Positions 29,716 through 40,177 of a stretch of 64,000 nucleotides of DNA are shown piece after piece. The notes under the pieces are model-generated. The model was not told the origin of the DNA, searched no databases, and worked only from the letters and a program-made list of their open reading frames with translations. Position 1 is the first letter of the stretch; every line of letters begins with the position of its first letter. The DNA is from an uncultured candidate division Zixibacteria bacterium. GTDB taxonomy: Bacteria; Zixibacteria; MSB-5A5; RBG-16-43-9. Position numbers and translations under genes: made by a program. The stretch is taken from positions 1,984,001 to 2,048,000 of the forward strand of contig OY970208.1 of assembly GCA_963713865.1 (NCBI GenBank), read 5' to 3'.

Positions 29716-30543
29716 TTAAAAGTTTAATGTTACCTTTAAAATATTAGATTCAACCTTAGTTTGAAAATATAAATTCTTTGACTTTATAATCTTGGTTTTA
29801 TTAAACCGAACAATACTTTTACCTATCCAATGCCCTAACATACCTCCGAAGAAAACATCTGAGGTAAAATGAACATTATCATTAACCCGAGCCCAGGCAG
29901 CCAGGAAAGCTAAACTGTAAGAGAGTATACCGATGACTTTATTATTATACTGTTCAGCCACAACCGAAGCTAAGGTGAAAGCTGTAGCTGAATGACCTGA
30001 AGGAAAAGATAACGAGTAAGAAGAGGGATGAGCTCTCAAACCCTCGAAAGAAAATGCACCTTTCTCTGCAAAGGGTCTGGCCCTTCCGGTAAGGCGTTTA
30101 ATCCCCTGAGTAATCCCCTGTGTAAAAATCAATGCTTCCAAAAGATAAAAAGCGGTCTCTTTTTCTTTTTTACAATTAAAGACTAACCCACCCAAATAAA
30201 AGCTTCCGATGATAACCGTAGGATAGACATGCTCAGAAGGGGTAACTAAATTTGAAAGATCATCTGAGAAATGATTACGATTCCTTTGAACCATCTTCTG
30301 GAGTTCTTCATCCGTCAAAAATAATCCGGCTGTTGCAGTAGCTACTAGAAGAAATTCTACCCTTTCTTTTTTATCCCAGTGAAAGGGAGAAAGAAAAAGA
30401 TTTTTGCCATCAGAGTAAAATTGCTTGATTGTACAGTTTAGAATATTCTCTCCATTACACCCTTGAGCCCGGGCTTCTTTTGCTGCCAGGATTGAAGAAA
30501 TAACTGTTAGAACCGAAATAAGTATTATCTTTACTCTTGACAT
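29716..30543 (-). CDS. PAP2 family phosphatase
   Basis: K...GRARP, SFPSGH, RV....HF.SDV. Confidence 0.85.
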   Translation of the reverse strand: MSRVKIILISVLTVISSILAAKEARAQGCNGENILNCTIKQFYSDGKNLFLSPFHWDKKERVEFLLVATATAGLFLTDEELQKMVQRNRNHFSDDLSNLVTPSEHVYPTVIIGSFYLGGLVFNCKKEKETAFYLLEALIFTQGITQGIKRLTGRARPFAEKGAFSFEGLRAHPSSYSLSFPSGHSATAFTLASVVAEQYNNKVIGILSYSLAFLAAWARVNDNVHFTSDVFFGGMLGHWIGKSIVRFNKTKIIKSKNLYFQTKVESNILKVTLNF

Positions 30544-30604
30544 CGTGTCTAAATATATTAAAATAGGATTTAAATGCAAGCAGAACTTAACAGAGGAGTA
30601 GAAT

Positions 30605-30934
30605 ATGGAGATAAAACCGCAACAGCTTAGCGTGGAACTGGGTGAAAAAGAATCCGAGGGGATTTATTCCAATTTAGCTTTTATAACTCATTCCCCTTCA
30701 GAGATAATCATCGATTTCGCTCGAATGATGCCCGGAGTTCCTAAGGCTAAGGTCTATGCCCGTATAGTTATGACTCCGGCGCATGCCAGGATGCTCTTGA
30801 ACGCCTTAGAAGATAATATCAAGAAATTCGAATCCCAGTTTGGAGCAATAAAGCTTTTTGGCAAAGAGGGGAAAGAAATAGGTTTTACCAGAGGGATGAC
30901 TGATACATCTGAACCGCCTAAAAAAGAGAACTGA
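30605..30934 (+). CDS. DUF3467 domain protein
   Basis: EGIYSNLAFITHSPSEIIIDF...ARIVMTP.HA..LL.AL..NI..FE..FG.I. Confidence 0.85.
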   Translation: MEIKPQQLSVELGEKESEGIYSNLAFITHSPSEIIIDFARMMPGVPKAKVYARIVMTPAHARMLLNALEDNIKKFESQFGAIKLFGKEGKEIGFTRGMTDTSEPPKKEN

Positions 30935-30962
30935 TTGTTAGGATTTTCCCCTGTAGGTTTCT

Positions 30963-31013
30963 GTAGTCGCTCGATTCGTCGAGCAAAAACATACCCAGTA
31001 AATTGGGCAACTA
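30963..31013. repeat. GTAG-type REP doublet
   Basis: GTAGTCGCTCGATTCGTCGAGCA..CCCAGTAAATTGGGCAACTAC. Confidence 0.6.
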
Positions 31014-31044
31014 CAGTGAAGAACTAAAAAAGAAAGGAAATCAA

Positions 31045-32786
31045 ATGCCAGTAAATAAAATCGGTAGTTTCACCTTCGTCTTGCATTTACATCTGCCTTA
31101 TGTTATCGCTCATGGAAAATGGCCTCACGGGATGGACTGGTTAAACGAAGCAGCTTCTGAATGCTACCTCCCCATTTTGAATATCTTAAACGAGCTGATA
31201 GAAGAGGGGTACTCTCCGAAATTAACCCTGGGTATTACTCCGGTTTTAACTGAACAGTTGGCCGATGAATCGTTCAAATCCGAGCTTTCTTCTTATCTTG
31301 AGCAGAAGATAAAAGCCGCAGAATTAGATATTCAGGAATTCACCCGGTATAACCGCCCAAATCTTCTCTCCTTAGCCTGGATGTGGAAAGATTATTACAT
31401 TAAGATAAAAAATGATTTCGAAAACAAATATAACCGAAACATTATTGAAGCTTTCAAAAATCTGCAGGATAATGAATATATAGAGATAATCACCAGTGCA
31501 GCTACTCACGGGTATTTACCTTTATTGTCCCGGGACACTTCGGTTCAGGCACAGATAAAACAAGGGGTAAAAACTTACGAAAAACATTATGGAAGAAAAC
31601 CCAGAGGGATCTGGCTTCCGGAATTCGCCTATCGTCCCCGTTATAAATGGATGCCACCCGTAAATACGGGAGAAAAAATAGAACCATATCTTCGAAAAGG
31701 GATCGACGAGTTTCTAACCGAAAACGAGATCGAATATTTTTTCGTGGATACTGCTCTACTTAAGGGAGGAAAAGCCATCGGAGTCTACATTGACCGGTTT
31801 GAAGCCCTGCAGCAGTTATGGGGTCAGTTTGAAAAAGAATATAAGCCCAGAGAAGAAGAATTGGATAAAACCCCTCGTGAAATCTATTTGGTCTCCTCCT
31901 CGGTTGAAGGGAAAAAACCCGTGGCGATCTTTACCCGTGATCCGGAAACAGGTTTACAGGTTTGGAGTGGTGAGTGGGGTTATCCCGGTGATGGCAATTA
32001 TCTGGATTTCCACAAGAAGCATTTCCCGGGCGGGCATCGCTACTGGAAAGTAACCTCAGCCAAAAGCGATTTAGCTGACAAATGGGAGTATTATCCCAAA
32101 GATGCCCAGGCCCGGTGCCGGAAAATGCAAATCACTATACAGCTTTGGTAAAAAGACTTCTAAGTGAGTATCGTCAGCAGACTGGCAGAAAGGGTATAGT
32201 CTGTGCTCCCTATGATGCAGAGCTTTTCGGACACTGGTGGTTTGAAGGAACCCAATTTCTGAAATTTGTCTTGAAATATATCGCTGAAGACCCGGAAATT
32301 GAATTAACCACCTGTTCAAAATACTTGAACGAAACCAGACCCACACAGGTGATTTCCATACCAGAAGGCTCCTGGGGAGAAGGAGGTTATCATTATATCT
32401 GGCTGAACCAGTGGACCGAATGGACCTGGAAACATATCTATGAGGATGAAAAAAGGATGCAGGATTTAGCCCGAAAATTCAAAAATACTCAGGATGGAAA
32501 TCTACTAAAAATATTAAAACAAGCTGCCAGAGAACTTTTGTTATTACAATCTTCTGACTGGCAGTTTTTGATTTCCACCTGGAGTGCCAGAGACTATGCG
32601 GAATTAAGACTTACCGAACATCATCAGAATTTTATTCGACTTTGTGAGATGGCAGAGAAGTATGGTAAAGGTGAACACGTTGACCCGGGTGAGTGGACCT
32701 TCTTAGGTGACTGTGAAGCCCGGGATAAAGTATTTGAAGACATAAACCTCGACTGGTTCGCAGAGGTGGAATACCCGGCTGAGTAA
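31045..32786 (+). pseudogene. GH57 1,4-alpha-glucan branching enzyme (DUF1957), frameshifted near 32113-32117 (real lesion or sequencing error)
   Basis: HLHLPY, ATHGYLP, GIWLPE in the first ORF; PYDAELFGHWWFEG, ELLLLQSSDWQF in the second; adding one G to GCCCGGTGCCG gives ..DAQARVPENANH.. Confidence 0.85.
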
Positions 32787-32796
32787 AATATTTCTC

Positions 32797-33186
32797 GTGG
32801 TGCGACCCGGCTTGTCTCGTCATAGGGGGATCAGGGTCACTCTATAATTTGTAGGGACAGAACATTGTTCTGTCCCTGCAGTTGTTTTTAAGGGTAAAAT
32901 GTAGCGTCCGGGTTAATCCCTGACGTTAAAATCTCGTCCATTTGGACGCTACAAAACTTGAAAAGGAGAGGGAACTCAGGGTCGCAAAAATTTGTAGGGG
33001 CGTATTGCAATACGCCCCTACCATCTGGTTAGAAGCAAAATTCATCAGGAAAATGTAGCGTCCGGGTTAATCCCGAACATTTCTCTTCTTTTCGTCGGGC
33101 ATAAAGCCCGACGCTACAATTTCTTGGAGACACATGCGATGCCTCTCTACGTCTTTCATTCGGACAGAACACTGTTCTGTCCCTAC
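32797..33186. repeat. Large mosaic cluster of GTAG-type REP palindromes
   Basis: GTAGGGACAGAACATTGTTCTGTCCC, GTAGCGTCCGGG x2, GTAGGGGCGTATTGCAATACGCCCCTAC, CGTCGGGCATAAAGCCCGACGCTAC, GAGACACAT..ATGCCTCTCTAC, GACAGAACACTGTTCTGTCCCTAC. Confidence 0.85.
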
Positions 33187-33198
33187 AAAAAAACAAAC

Positions 33199-33226
33199 AA
33201 AAAGGGCGAATCACTTCGCCCTTTTT
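33199..33226 (-). terminator. Intrinsic (possibly bidirectional) terminator
   Basis: AAAAAGGGCGAA-TCAC-TTCGCCCTTTTT. Confidence 0.8.
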
Positions 33227-33246
33227 GGCAAACAAATTAGAAAGAA

Positions 33247-33906
33247 CTACTTCCCACCGAAACGATAGTTCAGAACAAATCCGACGTACGTGGTAATAGT
33301 ACTGTAACTTAACTCTTCCTTAACACCGTCAGCCCAATCAAAGTTACCCTTAGCAAAGCTAAATCTCCAACCAACTTCACCACCTACGCTGAAGTTATCA
33401 GAGGCATAGTACTCTACACCAAAAGCTGGAATGATACCAAAAGGACTGTTGACCTCCTTACTAATCTCTTCATCGGCTCTTTCACTTTCTGACACAGCAT
33501 TTAAGTCCACAGATGTGAAGGCCTTGAAAATTCCGCCGTAAAGGTAAGGTGTGATATTTCCACTCGTTCTCGGTTGCAGGTAGAATTTCACTCCCACATT
33601 AGGTATAAACTGGGTTATTGATGCCTTATTGTCAATTGAAACATCAGCGCCGCTCTCCTTATATTCGAAACTGGCGCGAGTCAAATCTAAACCGCCCAAG
33701 ATAACAACTCTCTCCCCCGCATCAACACCAAAATAGCAACCCAAAATCTCATTAGAAGGTAAGTAAGGAACAGATCCTGTGAACATCATGGGCGTGAGGT
33801 CAGTCTGCTTTAAGGATAAAGCCTTTACTCCGAAATTGAATCCAGCCTGGGCAGTGGCTGCTCCGAACAAAATCAAAATCCCTAAAACTAATAATGCCTT
33901 TCTCAT
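33247..33906 (-). CDS. Outer membrane beta-barrel protein (8-stranded type)
   Basis: Signal peptide AQA; amphipathic strands GVKFYL, PYLYGG, GVEYY, FSVGGE, terminal LNYRF. Confidence 0.85.
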   Translation of the reverse strand: MRKALLVLGILILFGAATAQAGFNFGVKALSLKQTDLTPMMFTGSVPYLPSNEILGCYFGVDAGERVVILGGLDLTRASFEYKESGADVSIDNKASITQFIPNVGVKFYLQPRTSGNITPYLYGGIFKAFTSVDLNAVSESERADEEISKEVNSPFGIIPAFGVEYYASDNFSVGGEVGWRFSFAKGNFDWADGVKEELSYSTITTYVGFVLNYRFGGK

Positions 33907-34318
33907 TTCTTTTCCTCCATTCTAAGGTTTACGTTCTATTATTTAAAAGAACCTCCTTTTTAACCTCTTTTGCATCACCTCCCTCAGGTTAAAAGGTTTA
34001 CAATTACAAATTATCTTAAAAAAACAAGTCGATTTAAGCTTGTCAAGTAAAAAATTTTCTTTCTTTCAAATTTTTTACTTTTTACTCCAACTCCTTTCTT
34101 TTATCCCAATACCTCCTTCAAGTGAAAAGTTAGGAATCTATAAATTGCGTTATATTAACTTAACCATTTTCATTTGTCAAGAAAAATATTTATTAATTCT
34201 CAAAAATATACCCAACTTAACTTTACTATACGCAAAACCAAACTCCGGGTTTGATTTATTTTTTAAGTAAATCCTCCATGTTTTTATTTAGGTTTACATA
34301 CTTTCCTTCAAAATTCAT

Positions 34319-35669
34319 TTAAAATTCAGTTTTCCCGGTGAATTTAAAGTTTCTAATCAGCAGAGCCGGGGTAACGATTACTCCAACATCTCCCCACCAG
34401 GGAATAGCGATTTTTCTTTGTCTGGATATCTGAGAGATATTGGAGAAAGCCTTGAGCATGCTTTCGGTAAAACGTAAATTCTTTACCCCCTGCTTTACTT
34501 TTCCATTCTCGATCCAGAAAGTTCCATCCCTGGTCATCCCGGTCATAAGGGCATTTTTAGTATCCAGATATCCATTGATATAATGAAAACGGGTGACCAG
34601 TAGCCCTTTCTCTAAAGACTCAATCATCTTCTTTAAAGAGGAATCGCCAGCCCTTACAAAAAGATTCAGGGGAACAGGCCCATCCGTAGCTGGAGGCGGC
34701 AGGGAATGTCCGGTGGATTTGACTTTGTCTTTATAAGCCGTCTGGGAATCATACACCAAACCTCTGGCTACACCTTTCTCGATCAGCACCACTCTCTTTT
34801 TGGGCATTCCTTCGAAATCAAATGGAAAAGGAATTCCGTTCTCCTCCGTTCCATCATCTATCAGGGTAAAATTATCTCCCATCACCTTCTTCCCCATTTT
34901 ACCATTTAAGAAGCTTGTTTCCTCTTGATATTGTTTGGCTCCCAATCCGATTATGCTCAGCCATTCAAACAGGTTTCCGACTGCAGCTGGTTCCAGAACA
35001 ACATCATATTCACCCGGCTCTACCCCTTTCGGCTTCTTTGAATCCAGAACATTTCTTAATAGCCGTCTCAGCCACTGTTTCGAAATCGATCTGGGTAACG
35101 TCCCGGCTTATACTTTCGGCATAGCCAGAGCTGTCATCTGACATAACTACCAGGTTTATGCTGGCTGAGGTAAATGGCTGATAGGCAGTAAGGCCATTAG
35201 TATTCAAAACCGCTATCTCCGACTGACCGGTGATAAAGGAACCCGCTACCGTTAAATTATGCTCTGTGGCTCTATCGCAGATTTTTTTAACTTCTTCTGC
35301 TCTCTGTTTGGGCGAGAAATCCTCAGTCTTTTTGAAAAAGGTTTTAAGTTTTTTGTATTTTTGCCTGATAGGGAAACCGGGGAAATCAGGATTCTCCTTC
35401 TGATGTAAAGCAATCTTATAAGCAGAAGTTAAAGTCTTGAGTAATGCATCTTTCTTAAAGGAATTGGTAGAACAGATTCCTATCCTTTTACCTAAAGCTA
35501 CTCTGAAGATGACTTTGCTGTTGCGTTCTGATACATTCTGGTGAATATAAGAGTTAGCATATCTGGTCAGTCCACTCTCTCCGCTGAAGAATAATGCCTC
35601 CGCCTGGTCTGCTTCTGATTTTTTTAAAACCGAATTTAATGTCTCCAAGATTTTCTCTTTTCCGATCAT
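34319..35669 (-). pseudogene. TldE/PmbA family protein, frameshifted near 35048 (real lesion or sequencing error)
   Basis: N-terminal LTRYANSYIHQN; removing one base gives KKCLDSKKPKGVEPGEYDVVLEPAAV.. continuing into FD.EG and TGMTRDG.F.IENG...VKNLRF. Confidence 0.85.
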
Positions 35670-37108
35670 CTGCTTACTCCTACTTTAACATTTCTAAATC
35701 TGGCTGGAGCTACCCCATGCGCTACGTGCATAGTCTGCATCGGCTCGCCTTTTCCGCAGTTGGGTAGGCCCCAGATATGCCAGTGGTTCCGGTTACAAAC
35801 TGCATCACAGCTATTCCAGAATTCAGGGGTGATACCGGTATATACTGCGTTCTTATACATCTTTCCTTTTTTCCCTTCTTTTATCTCCCAGGCAGCTTCA
35901 ACCCCGAACTGGAAGTTTAACCTCTTATCATCGATAGACCAGCTCTTGTTCATATCCAGAAGAAATCCATCTTTCGTATCTGCGATCAGTTCCTCGTAAT
36001 CCCATTCTCCGGGCTCTAAGTTAATATTGGTCATCCGGATTAAAGGTATTCTATTCCAGCCTTCCGCTCGCATAGTACCGTTACTTTTCTGCTTGAGCAC
36101 CCCAGCCGTTTCTCTGGAGGTAAGATAACCAACGAAAACTCCATTTTTCACTAATTCTACTCGCTGAGCTTTTACCCCTTCATCATCATACCCGAAACTC
36201 CCCAAACCTCCTTCCAGGGTTGCGTCAGCATTGATGTTCACTTTGTCCGAACCATATTTTAACTTATTAAATTTATCCAGAGTGAGAAAACTACCTCCAG
36301 CTAAACTTATCTCGGTTCCCAAAACCCGGTCCAGTTCCGAAGGATGTCCGCAGGATTCATGCACCTGCAAAACCATCTGAGAACCGTTGATTATCACGGT
36401 AGTAACTGTATCCGGACAAGCCGGGGCACAAAGAAGTTCTAAGGCTTCTTCCCTTACCCGATCTGCGTTCTCTACTAATTTTAATTCTTCGATAAACTCA
36501 TACCCTCGGGTAGCAAAATCACCCCGATGAGAATTAGGATAAGACCTTCTCTGGACTTCATTGCCATCTACTGCAGTAGCCATAATTCCGGAACCGCTTT
36601 CCAGAATGAACTGCTGGATAAAAGCTCCTTCGGTTGAGGCAAATAGTTTTTCAGTTTTGTTGAAGTCCATACTCCCTTCTGCTACTTTGATCTTATTATT
36701 TTTTCGCAATATCTCCGTCGATCTTAGCAGAAGCTCAATTTTCTTTTCTAAAGACACGTTAAACGGATCGATCTGAAATTTCGAAGTATACGTATCCTCA
36801 AAAACCTCAGTGTGACTTAATCTAACCATCTCTTTCTTGGTTATGGAGCTAGCTTTGGCAATTTCTAAAGCCTGGATAGCTACTCTTTTCATCTCTGCTT
36901 CAGAGAGGATAGAACTGGAGGCAAACCCCCAGGCTCCGTTAGCGATAATACGGATGCCAAAACCCTGGTCCTCGTCACAGGAGATGCTTTCCACATTTCC
37001 ATTTTTTACCTGAATGCTCTCCGTCTGACGACGCACCTGTCTGATATCCGCATATTCCACTTTTTTTCTTTTCAGATAATCTAAAGTTTCCTTAATTGCT
37101 TCTTTCAA
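35666..37108 (-). CDS. tldD: TldD family metalloprotease
   Basis: GFGIRII.NGAWGFAS, HESCGH, YDDEG, RMTN, W...NCGKGEP.Q. Confidence 0.9.
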   Translation of the reverse strand: MKEAIKETLDYLKRKKVEYADIRQVRRQTESIQVKNGNVESISCDEDQGFGIRIIANGAWGFASSSILSEAEMKRVAIQALEIAKASSITKKEMVRLSHTEVFEDTYTSKFQIDPFNVSLEKKIELLLRSTEILRKNNKIKVAEGSMDFNKTEKLFASTEGAFIQQFILESGSGIMATAVDGNEVQRRSYPNSHRGDFATRGYEFIEELKLVENADRVREEALELLCAPACPDTVTTVIINGSQMVLQVHESCGHPSELDRVLGTEISLAGGSFLTLDKFNKLKYGSDKVNINADATLEGGLGSFGYDDEGVKAQRVELVKNGVFVGYLTSRETAGVLKQKSNGTMRAEGWNRIPLIRMTNINLEPGEWDYEELIADTKDGFLLDMNKSWSIDDKRLNFQFGVEAAWEIKEGKKGKMYKNAVYTGITPEFWNSCDAVCNRNHWHIWGLPNCGKGEPMQTMHVAHGVAPARFRNVKVGVSR

Positions 37109-37209
37109 ATCTTCCTCCTTTCTCAGAATCCAAGTAATCCTTTAAAAACATTTTTAATCTAAAAATTCAAAACTGTCTTGTCAAGTCAAATCAATCTCTT
37201 TTTTATTCT

Positions 37210-37237
37210 GCAGGGGCGTACTGCAATACGCCCCTGC
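37210..37237. repeat. REP-like palindrome
   Basis: GCAGGGGCGTACTGCAATACGCCCCTGC, same species as 32994. Confidence 0.75.
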
Positions 37238-37269
37238 GAATAATAAACAAAAAATCTATACTCTGGGAA

Positions 37270-38193
37270 TTATAAGTTGTGTCTAGAATAAACTTCTAAA
37301 AAACTTTCAACTCCCGAAAATGTGCTTTTCATCCCGGCAAGAAAATTGGCGAACTCGGATGATAGCTCAGCCTTATTGGTTTTAAGATACGCTAAAAGAA
37401 ACCCGGCTGAAAAAACATTTCCGCAGCCAGTAGGATCCACAGTATCTGTTAATTTTAGAGAAGCAGTATGATAAAAGTCGGCTTTTCTTTTTTCTTTATA
37501 ACATATTAAGGCCCCTTCTCTTCCGCGGGTAACTAATAAGATCTCAGGTCCTAAATCTAAAATCTTCTCTGCAAAAATTTCCAACTCTTCTTTTGAATGC
37601 AGCTTTCTTTTTGTGAGGACTTGCATCTCCTTTATATTCATCTGGACAATGTCAGCGATTTTTAAATATTCCTTCCAAAAAACCGGCACCTTAAAAAATC
37701 TTTCTCCGTTCTTTCTCATCCCCAGGATCAGGGAATGAAGGTCTATGAAAATTCGAGCTTTACTTTTTTGTCTTATCTTCTTTAAACTCTCCAGGTCAAT
37801 ATCAAAACCAGAGATGAAATTAATCAAGATACAATCGCTATTAAGATGGGGTTCAACTTGCCGGAACTCGATTCTGGGAACTAAATATTTTAAGATTTCC
37901 TTTTTGTCCCATTTTCTATTATAAAATAGATGAACGTGATTATTCTTCTCTTTAACCCTTGATATTCCACTCAGATCAAGGTTTTTAAATCCTCTCAGAT
38001 AAGAGAGAACCTTTTCATAGATATCTGAGCCCAAATTGCAAATGGGTAAAACAACAAGATTCTGAGTAGCAAGGAGCGCTAAAGGAATGATATTATAAAG
38101 AATCCCTCCAAAACTTCTAATCCTTTTCCTGTCTGGAAAAGTAATGGTATCACGGGTAATCGTGCCAATAATGGTTAGCTTGATCTGTTTCAT
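37270..38193 (-). CDS. PfkB-family carbohydrate kinase
   Basis: GG..Y, N..E, TRGREG, VDPTGCGN(V)FSAGF. Confidence 0.8.
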   Translation of the reverse strand: MKQIKLTIIGTITRDTITFPDRKRIRSFGGILYNIIPLALLATQNLVVLPICNLGSDIYEKVLSYLRGFKNLDLSGISRVKEKNNHVHLFYNRKWDKKEILKYLVPRIEFRQVEPHLNSDCILINFISGFDIDLESLKKIRQKSKARIFIDLHSLILGMRKNGERFFKVPVFWKEYLKIADIVQMNIKEMQVLTKRKLHSKEELEIFAEKILDLGPEILLVTRGREGALICYKEKRKADFYHTASLKLTDTVDPTGCGNVFSAGFLLAYLKTNKAELSSEFANFLAGMKSTFSGVESFLEVYSRHNL

Positions 38194-38196
38194 AAT

Positions 38197-39222
38197 TCAC
38201 GGAAGCCTTTTTGCAACTACCTCAAATACCTCTTCAGATGTTATCTCTTTCATACATCTGAAATGTTTTTCCGGACATTTCCTTCTCCCGTGAATACCAC
38301 AGGGTCGGCAATAAACTTTTTTCTGAATGACTATATCCTTTTCCCCGGTTGGGGCAAACCCGAACTCCGGGACGGTTGAGCCAAAAATTGCAACCACTGG
38401 AATCCGCATTGCCACTGCTATGTGCATCGGTGCAGTATCATTGGATAAAACCGCTTTACCTCTGGAAATCAAAACTGCAGATTGTAAAGGTGTAAGTTTA
38501 CCAGCCGCTATAAAGGGTTTATTTTTCATAGCTCTGGAGAGCTCCATACACAGCGGTTCATCTTCTTTCCCGCCTATGAAGACAACTTTAGCCCCAAGCT
38601 TTGCAATCAGAGATTCTGCTACCTGGCCAAACCTTTCCGGTAGCCACCGTTTAGTTTCCCAAACTGAGCCTGGAGCGATCTCCACTATCTTGTCATTTTT
38701 CTGAATATTCCAGCTTTTTAATAAATCATCCACGTATCTGAAATCATCTGTTGATGGAAATAGTTCAGGCAAAAATTCTTTTTCCGAAAATAAAACTTCC
38801 TCTAAAAGAGAGAGATTCCTTTTAATCTCTGATTGATTCTGAATATATTTGATTTTCCTGGTAAAAAGAAAAGAACCGGAGCTTTCATCAAAACCGACCC
38901 TCTGCGGGATTCCGGCAAAATAGGTTAAAAGTGCACTGCGCAGGGAGCGATGCGGAACAAAAGCTAAATCGAAAGCCATGCCCTTGATCTTTTTTATCAA
39001 CTTCAAAAAGTTGAAAATCCCTTCCTCTTTATCCTTTTTATCATAAACGATAATCCCCTGTAAATAGGGATTATTTTGCAAAAGCTCTTTAGTCTGGGGA
39101 ATAAGCAAAATAAATATTTTTGAGCGGGTATATTTTTTTCTTACCGCTTTTATCAGAGGAGTTATCAGAATCACGTCCCCCAAAAAAGCAGTCTGGATGA
39201 TCAGTATCTTTTCTGGATTCAT
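38197..39222 (-). CDS. waaF: Lipopolysaccharide heptosyltransferase II (GT9)
   Basis: QTAFLGDVIL, PGSVWETKRW, SNDTAPMHIA, IFGST, C.PC. Confidence 0.85.
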   Translation of the reverse strand: MNPEKILIIQTAFLGDVILITPLIKAVRKKYTRSKIFILLIPQTKELLQNNPYLQGIIVYDKKDKEEGIFNFLKLIKKIKGMAFDLAFVPHRSLRSALLTYFAGIPQRVGFDESSGSFLFTRKIKYIQNQSEIKRNLSLLEEVLFSEKEFLPELFPSTDDFRYVDDLLKSWNIQKNDKIVEIAPGSVWETKRWLPERFGQVAESLIAKLGAKVVFIGGKEDEPLCMELSRAMKNKPFIAAGKLTPLQSAVLISRGKAVLSNDTAPMHIAVAMRIPVVAIFGSTVPEFGFAPTGEKDIVIQKKVYCRPCGIHGRRKCPEKHFRCMKEITSEEVFEVVAKRLP

Positions 39223-39280
39223 AGATGAATGAAATTTTTCTTTACTCTATTTCAGGTAAGGCCCCCAGAGCTTTTTCAGC

Positions 39281-40177
39281 TCAATCTTTGATTGTGCTTT
39301 TCCATCTTCGATGAGGCCAGAACCAGTGATCCGGATACTTTCTGATATATTCCTCTAAAAGAGCGGTATAAGCCTGAGTCAAATTCCTGATATCATCATC
39401 TTTATTATTACTTTTCCGGATGTAAATTGGTTCCTCAAAAATTATCTTCTGCCGCCCGTTATCCTGACGGATTATGAAGCCCATAATGATAGGAGCCTCG
39501 GTCTTCAAGACAAAAGCAGCTGGACCCTTGGAAGTAGAAGCTGGATTGCCGAAAAAATTTACAATGGTTCCATCTTTACCTGCATCCTGGTCTGAAAGCA
39601 TTGCCACAAATCTGTTATTTCTTAAAGCTTTAATCACCCCTCTGGTAGCCGCACCCATCTTGATAATCCCTATACCCATCAACTGCCGGTATCTGTTCAT
39701 TAGATTATCCACTAACAGATTGTGCTGCTCACCCACTAAAAAATCAATGGGATAACCTTTTTGGCTTGTGGCTGCGCCCATCAACTCCCAGCTGCCAAAA
39801 TGTCCTGCAATCAAGATTGCACCTTTCTTACCAGTCAAAGCACGGTCAAAATTCTCCAGCCCTTCGAATTTAACAAACTTATCCAATTTCTTCTTCAGAA
39901 CCGGGAACATCGCATATTCAACCAATCCCCTCCCGATGTTTCGATAAGCTTCTCGGGCGATTCTTTTTATTTCTTTTTCAGTAAGTCCCTGACCAAAAGC
40001 TCTTTTTAAATTATCTAAAGTAACTTTTCTCCTTACTTTGAATAAACTAAAAGCTAAGTCTCCCAGGAAAGAACCTATACAGATAGAAGCTTGATAAGGA
40101 AGGATTTGAACCAGAGTCCCCAGCCCTCTGGTGAAAAGATATTCAATCCGGTGTCTCATCCTCCTCATTATAGCCAT
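39281..40177 (-). CDS. Lipid A lauroyl/myristoyl acyltransferase (HtrB/LpxL family)
   Basis: HFGSWE, L.DQD, FFG..A, PDHWFW.HRRWK. Confidence 0.9.
   Translation of the reverse strand: MAIMRRMRHRIEYLFTRGLGTLVQILPYQASICIGSFLGDLAFSLFKVRRKVTLDNLKRAFGQGLTEKEIKRIAREAYRNIGRGLVEYAMFPVLKKKLDKFVKFEGLENFDRALTGKKGAILIAGHFGSWELMGAATSQKGYPIDFLVGEQHNLLVDNLMNRYRQLMGIGIIKMGAATRGVIKALRNNRFVAMLSDQDAGKDGTIVNFFGNPASTSKGPAAFVLKTEAPIIMGFIIRQDNGRQKIIFEEPIYIRKSNNKDDDIRNLTQAYTALLEEYIRKYPDHWFWPHRRWKSTIKD

Noticed and set aside
33029-33235. 68-aa minus-strand ORF
   Set aside because: Lies wholly within the REP cluster and terminator
34319-37108. TldD/TldE as part of a RiPP cluster
   Set aside because: No precursor peptide, YcaO or other modification enzyme nearby
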